Below are positions 59,041-64,000 of a stretch of DNA of 64,000 nt, piece by piece. Made by a program: the position numbers and the translations under genes. Source of the stretch: Deltaproteobacteria bacterium (GTDB taxonomy: Bacteria; Myxococcota_A; Polyangia; Polyangiales; Houyiibacteriaceae); contig JAXMNT010000025.1 of assembly GCA_034670305.1 (NCBI GenBank), positions 1 through 64,000 of the forward strand. The letters run 5' to 3'. Numbering within the stretch: the first letter of the stretch is position 1; every line of letters begins with the position of its first letter. The notes below the pieces were generated by a model. The model made no database searches. It was given only the letters and a program-made list of their open reading frames with translations, and had not been told where the DNA came from.

Positions 59041-59364
59041 ATGCAGTGGTTGCTCGCGCTCGCGGTGGTGTTGTTCGGTTCGGCATTCGACGTGACCGGT
59101 TGCGGTTCGGGCGGGGGCGGCCCCCCCATCCAAGAAGGGGCGACCCGGAGCTACACGGTGCAAGGAGAGATCCAGTCGATCTCCGATGCCAAGGACCGGG
59201 CCTCGATCGCCCACGAGGAAGTCGAGGGGTACATGCCGGCGATGACGATGACGTTCTTCACCCAGAACCCGACGCAGCTCGAAGGGCTCGCGGCCGGCGA
59301 CCGGGTGGAGTTCACGTTCCAGTCCGACGGCCGCCACGTCATCACGGCGATCCGAAAGCTCTAG
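59041..59364 (+). CDS. CusF-like copper-binding protein
   Basis: IAHEEVEGYMPAMTMTF...GLAAGDRVEFTF. Confidence 0.85.
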   Translation: MQWLLALAVVLFGSAFDVTGCGSGGGGPPIQEGATRSYTVQGEIQSISDAKDRASIAHEEVEGYMPAMTMTFFTQNPTQLEGLAAGDRVEFTFQSDGRHVITAIRKL

Positions 59365-59383
59365 TACCGCAGGTCGAGCGGTC

Positions 59384-61093
59384 TCAGTCCGGGATGCTCG
59401 ACTGGCCCAACACGGATCGGCGAAGCGGTTCGTACTCGGGCAGGAACGACTTGAAGCGTTCTTTGCGCGACGGCTCGTCCGGTAGTTCGTAGGGCTTCGG
59501 CTCGATGTCGAGGATCGACTGTTCGTCGACCTCGTCGATGAGGCGCTTCGGGAGGTACTTCTCGGCGTACGCCTTGTAGATGCCGCTCGAGATGAAGAGA
59601 TCGAGCAGCTGCGGGTCGAGGTGGTTGTCCTTCTTCATGAAGCCCATGATCCGGATCGCCTCGCTGAGCTTCTTGCCCTTCTTGTAGGGCCGGTCCTGCG
59701 CGGTCAGCGCTTCGAACACGTCGGCGATCGCCATCATGCGCGCGGGCAGACTCATGTCGCCGGCGTAGATCCCCTTGGGGTAGCCGCCGCCATCCATCTT
59801 CTCGTGGTGGCCTCCGGCGTATTCGGGAACGCGGGTGAGGTTTCGCGGGAACGGCAGCGCTTCGAGCATCTGAATCGTCTGCACCATGTGCCCGTTGATG
59901 ATCAGCCGCTCGTCGTTCGTCAGCGTGCCTCGCGAGATGCAGAGGTTGTCGAGCTCCTCCGGGGTCAGGAGCGGCCGCTCGTCGCCGCCTTCGAGGTAGG
60001 TCTGGGCGCCGATGTTTCGGATCTCTTCTTTGGCTTCGTCGCTCAGGAACTCACCGCCGACATTCGCGCGTTCGAGGAACGCGAGCTGTCGGGTCAGGTC
60101 TGCGAGTTCCTTCTGGTAGCGTTCCTGGGCGTTGCTCTCACCCGCGGCCTGCGCCTCCAGCATTCGGATCCGCGCGTCCCGCATCAGCACTTCGAACCGG
60201 GTCCGGACCATCGCGATGCGGTCCCAGATCGTCTCGAGCTTGGTGGCCTTGTCCATCACGTGGACCGGCGTGGTCACCTTGCCGCAGTCGTGAAGCCACG
60301 CGGCGATCTTCAGCTCGTACCACTCCTCTTCGCTCATGCTGAACTCGTGGAATGGACCGGTCGTGATCTCGCACGCCGCTTCCGCCAGCATCAGCGTCAG
60401 GATGGGCACCCGCTCGCAGTGTTCGCCGGTGTAGGGCGACTTCGAGTCGATCGCGGAAGCGATCATCTGGATGAAGCTCTCGAGCAAATTGCGCTGACCC
60501 TCGAGCAACATCTGGTTGTCGAGGGCGATGGCCGCCTGGGACGCGAGCGATTCGACGATGCGCTGGTCGTCGGCCTGAAACTCGACGAGTTCGCCCGTGG
60601 TGGGGTCCTGTGCGTTGAGGAGCTGCAGCACCCCGATGACCCGGTGTTCGTTGTTGACGAGCGGGATGGTCAGGAACGACTTGGAACGGTAGCCGCTCTT
60701 GGCGTCGAACCGCTGCGTGCCGGAGAAGTCGAAGCCGGTCGCATCGTAGGCGTCCGGGATGTTGATCGACTGCTTGAGGTGCGCCGCGCAGCTCGCCACG
60801 TTGTTCTGGTTGGCGGTCCCGTGTTCATCGAACATCGGGATCGGCGTGAAATCGATCGGCTTGCCGGTGGTTCCGCCAAGCGCGATTCCGAGCGAGTCGG
60901 TGCGCATGATGGCGAAGCGGAGACAATCGTCGTCGGTGCGCAGATAGAGGGTGCCGCCGTCCGCGTTGCAGAGCTTCTTGGACTCCAGCAGGATCGTCTC
61001 GATCAGACGATCTCGGTTCCTCTCGGCCGAGAGCGCCACCCCAATGCGGTTGAGCAAGGCGAGACGCTCCACCTCCTCGCGCAGCGTGACCAT
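59384..61093 (-). CDS. GAF + HD-GYP domain phosphohydrolase (c-di-GMP phosphodiesterase-like)
   Basis: GAF (SKSFLTIPL...IGVLQLLN), AWLHDCGK, HHEKMDGGGYP and ADVFEALT..DRPYK motifs. Confidence 0.93.
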   Translation of the reverse strand: MVTLREEVERLALLNRIGVALSAERNRDRLIETILLESKKLCNADGGTLYLRTDDDCLRFAIMRTDSLGIALGGTTGKPIDFTPIPMFDEHGTANQNNVASCAAHLKQSINIPDAYDATGFDFSGTQRFDAKSGYRSKSFLTIPLVNNEHRVIGVLQLLNAQDPTTGELVEFQADDQRIVESLASQAAIALDNQMLLEGQRNLLESFIQMIASAIDSKSPYTGEHCERVPILTLMLAEAACEITTGPFHEFSMSEEEWYELKIAAWLHDCGKVTTPVHVMDKATKLETIWDRIAMVRTRFEVLMRDARIRMLEAQAAGESNAQERYQKELADLTRQLAFLERANVGGEFLSDEAKEEIRNIGAQTYLEGGDERPLLTPEELDNLCISRGTLTNDERLIINGHMVQTIQMLEALPFPRNLTRVPEYAGGHHEKMDGGGYPKGIYAGDMSLPARMMAIADVFEALTAQDRPYKKGKKLSEAIRIMGFMKKDNHLDPQLLDLFISSGIYKAYAEKYLPKRLIDEVDEQSILDIEPKPYELPDEPSRKERFKSFLPEYEPLRRSVLGQSSIPD

Positions 61094-61292
61094 GCGAGTG
61101 GAAATACCATTGTCTTAGGAGAAAGTCTTTGTTCGCACGCGGCCGAGCATGGCCTCAGCGGCGGATGCCCCCAGCTGGGGACTCGGTTCTGTCAGAGCCC
61201 ATCCACCCACCCGAGGCCGTGTCGAACTAGTGTACATTTACTGCTGGCTTGTAACGTATCGTGGCAGTATCCCGTCGGGGTAGGATCGCGCC

Positions 61293-63182
61293 ATGAAGGG
61301 TCAATTGATGAATCGAGTGTTCCAGGGTTTTGGGTTCGTGGTCGCGCTGGGGATGTTCGCGTCGCCAGCGCTGGGTCAGGGCAATCAGCCGTCGACCACG
61401 CTCAATCAGTTCCATCCCTCCCAAACCGTGGAGGATGGGTTCGCGCTCAGCCGGCCCGACGACCTGGGTCATCTCCGGTTCGGCGCCCAATTGCACCTCG
61501 ACTACGCCAACGACCCACTCGTCTACGAGAGCGACCTCGGGGACTCGAGCTCCGAGTCCCAGCACATCGTGCGTCACCAGCTCACCGGCACCCTTGGGCT
61601 CTCGCTCGGGGTGCTCGATCGTCTGGTCATCTACGCCGGGTTGCCCATCAACCTCGTGATGTCCGGCGACGACACGATGCTGCCGATGGGTGTCGCGGCG
61701 ACCGATGGCGCTGGCCTCGGTGACGCCTACCTGGGCGCCCGCATCCGCCTCTTCGGCGAATGGAACGAAGCCATCGCGCTCGCCCTGCAGATCACCGCGA
61801 CCTTCCCGAGCGGCGGTGGGGTGTACCGGGGCGACGAGACACTCACCCTTCATCCCCAGCTCCTCTTCGAGGCGCGCGCGGCGGACAAGGTGCGTCTGAC
61901 GGTGAACGTCGGCGCCCGACTCGGCGAAGACCAGACCTTGCTCGGCGATGTTCGGGTCGGCGACGCGTTGACCTTCGGGCTCGGTGTGACGGCGTCCCTC
62001 GTCGGGACCTACACGCGCCCCGATGAGACCCGGCTCGACCTGCACGCGCAGGTGTTCGGCTCCTCCTTCTTCGGGGACTTCTTCGGCGGTGAAGAGACGC
62101 CGCTCGAAGCCCTCGCTGGCCTGAAGCTCCACCTCGGAAACGGGCTGGTCGTGGGCGCGGCCGGTGGCGCGGGCATTCACCGCAGCTACGGCACCCCCGA
62201 TGCGCGTGCGGTCTTGAACCTCGGCTGGGGCCAGGTCCGTGAGGTCGAAGAAGAGCCCGAGCCCGTGGCGGCCGACACGGACCGCGACGGCATCCTCGAC
62301 GACGTCGACGAGTGCCCGACCGAGGCCGAAGACCTCGACGGATTCGAAGACGAAGACGGCTGTCCGGACCCGGACAACGACCAGGATCAGGTCCCGGACA
62401 CGACGGATGAGTGTCCGAACGAGCCCGAGGATCGCGACGGGTTCGAGGACGAGAACGGCTGCCCCGATCCCGACAACGACGGCGACGGCATCCCGGACAC
62501 GACCGACCAGTGCAAGGACCAAGCAGAGGACATGGACGGCTTCGAAGACGAAGACGGCTGTCCCGAGGCGGACAACGACGAGGACGGACTCGTGGACGCG
62601 GCCGACCGCTGTCCCAACGAAGCCGGCCCGCCCGAGAACCAGGGCTGCCCCGACACCGACCGCGATGGCGACACCGTCGTCGACCGGCTCGACAACTGCC
62701 CCGACGAACCAGGCACTGTGGAGAACCAGGGCTGCCGGGCACGGCAGCGGGTCCGCATCACGGAGGGCGCGCTCGAGATCTTGGACAAGGTCTACTTCGC
62801 GACCAACCGGGACGTGATCCAGCGCCGCTCGTTCCCGCTTCTGAACAACGTGGCCGCGGTGCTCAACAACCACCCGGAGATCCTGCACATCCGTGTCGAG
62901 GGCCACACCGACGATCGCGGCGACGACAACTACAACCTGGATCTCAGCCAGCGGCGGGCCGCCGCGGTCGTGACCTACCTCGTCGAGCGCGGCGAAGTCG
63001 ACGCGTCTCGATTGGTGGCGCAGGGCTTCGGCGAGACCCGGCCCATCGAGCCGAACGAGAGCCGCACTGGACGGGCCGCCAACCGGCGGGTCGAGTTCAA
63101 CATCATCCAGGATGGCGAGTCACAGGGCGCCACCGTGCCTGAAACCCCGGCGCAGCCCCCTGCGGAGACGCCCGCGGAGTAG
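61293..63182 (+). CDS. OmpA family protein: beta-barrel + thrombospondin type 3 repeats + OmpA_C (TraB-like architecture)
   Basis: DxDxDGxxDxxDxCP repeats, VEGHTD, NLDLSQRRA and NRRVEF motifs. Confidence 0.92.
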   Translation: MKGQLMNRVFQGFGFVVALGMFASPALGQGNQPSTTLNQFHPSQTVEDGFALSRPDDLGHLRFGAQLHLDYANDPLVYESDLGDSSSESQHIVRHQLTGTLGLSLGVLDRLVIYAGLPINLVMSGDDTMLPMGVAATDGAGLGDAYLGARIRLFGEWNEAIALALQITATFPSGGGVYRGDETLTLHPQLLFEARAADKVRLTVNVGARLGEDQTLLGDVRVGDALTFGLGVTASLVGTYTRPDETRLDLHAQVFGSSFFGDFFGGEETPLEALAGLKLHLGNGLVVGAAGGAGIHRSYGTPDARAVLNLGWGQVREVEEEPEPVAADTDRDGILDDVDECPTEAEDLDGFEDEDGCPDPDNDQDQVPDTTDECPNEPEDRDGFEDENGCPDPDNDGDGIPDTTDQCKDQAEDMDGFEDEDGCPEADNDEDGLVDAADRCPNEAGPPENQGCPDTDRDGDTVVDRLDNCPDEPGTVENQGCRARQRVRITEGALEILDKVYFATNRDVIQRRSFPLLNNVAAVLNNHPEILHIRVEGHTDDRGDDNYNLDLSQRRAAAVVTYLVERGEVDASRLVAQGFGETRPIEPNESRTGRAANRRVEFNIIQDGESQGATVPETPAQPPAETPAE

Positions 63183-63205
63183 TCGACACACAGACTCGAG
63201 AAGGG

Positions 63206-63240
63206 GAGCCGGGCGACATGGTCGTTCGGCTCTTTTTCTT
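63206..63240 (+). terminator. Rho-independent terminator
   Basis: GAGCCGGGCGAC-ATG-GTCGTTCGGCTC followed by TTTTTCTT. Confidence 0.8.
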
Positions 63241-63291
63241 GCTCTGCGGGTCCTCACGCGTGGCCTGCCTCACAAGGGGTACCACCGAGAT

Positions 63292-64000
63292 ATGAGCGAC
63301 GGCATCTACCAGGTTCCCCTCCCCGACAACGCGCCCGTGACGGCGTTCGAACCAGATTCGAAAGAGCGGGCGAAGCTCGACGCGGCGCTGCAATCGATGG
63401 CGGGGGAGCGCATCGAGATCCCAGCCGTGGTCGACGGCAAAGCCGTGACCGGTGGCAAGACGAGCGAGGTGGTCATGCCGCACGACCACGGGCATGTGCT
63501 CGCGACGTTGCACCACGCGAGCGCCGACACCGTGCGCGAGGCCATCGCGGGCGCGATGAAGGTCGCGCCGATGTGGGCCGCGATGCCGTTCGAAGAGCGC
63601 GCGGCGATCTTCCTGCGCGCCGCGCGTCTGCTCGAGACCACCTGGCGCATGCGCATCAACGCGTCGTGCATGCTCGGTCAGTCGAAGACCTGTCACCAGG
63701 CCGAGATCGACGCCGCGTGCGAGCTCATCGACTTCTTCAAGTTCAATGTGGCGTTTGCGCAGCAGATTCGATCGGTGCAGCCGATCTCGTCGCCGGGGAT
63801 CTGGAACCGCTCCGACTACCGGCCGCTCGAAGGCTTCGTGCTCGCGATCACGCCGTTCAACTTCCTGTCGATCGCCGTGAACCTCGCCGCCGCGCCCGCG
63901 CTGATGGGCAACGTCGTGCTCTGGAAACCGAGCAGCACCTCGGCGCTCGGCTGTCACTACGGGCTCGAACTCCTGAAGGCGGCTGGGCTTCCGGATGGGG
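63292..64000 (+). CDS. pruA: L-glutamate gamma-semialdehyde (P5C) dehydrogenase, 5' partial
   Basis: Translated by hand: MSDGIYQVPLPDN...PHDHGHVLA...MLGQSKTCHQAEIDAACELIDF...YRPLEGFVLAITPFNF...LMGNVVLWKPS. Confidence 0.93.
   Translation, partial: MSDGIYQVPLPDNAPVTAFEPDSKERAKLDAALQSMAGERIEIPAVVDGKAVTGGKTSEVVMPHDHGHVLATLHHASADTVREAIAGAMKVAPMWAAMPFEERAAIFLRAARLLETTWRMRINASCMLGQSKTCHQAEIDAACELIDFFKFNVAFAQQIRSVQPISSPGIWNRSDYRPLEGFVLAITPFNFLSIAVNLAAAPALMGNVVLWKPSSTSALGCHYGLELLKAAGLPDG

Overview
A GC-rich bacterial window with about 45 genes. The gene content suggests Myxococcota, probably Polyangiales/Sandaracinaceae-like (inference from the PEGA Ser/Thr kinase, FHA/PP2C signalling genes, giant Cys-rich lipoproteins and an OmpA-TSP3 protein). 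Housekeeping and metabolic genes include tRNA-Thr(CGT), ltaE, kbl-tdh, pruA (partial), a phospho-sugar mutase, a quinone oxidoreductase, POT, EamA and ABC transporters, a GAF/HD-GYP protein and an M49 peptidase. The most unusual region is about 7.8-29.5 kb. It holds a TPR/PEGA + lipoprotein + Ser/Thr kinase module, then three translationally coupled paralogous ~1330-1350 aa Cys-rich lipoproteins with conserved stalks and divergent RCC1-like tips. After these come an AT-richer two-gene cassette with an orphan CdiI-like immunity gene, bracketed by inverted hexamer tracts, and a Cys-repeat LamG protein. Non-coding features include dispersed (GCCGAN)n tracts, two stop-hairpin-(GGGCAA)n elements between convergent genes, a 21-nt minisatellite at two loci 50 kb apart, and repeated leaderless-type promoters. 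Two probable 1-nt indels are present. No integrase, transposase, CRISPR array or rRNA was seen. All family assignments are from motif recognition by eye, not database searches.
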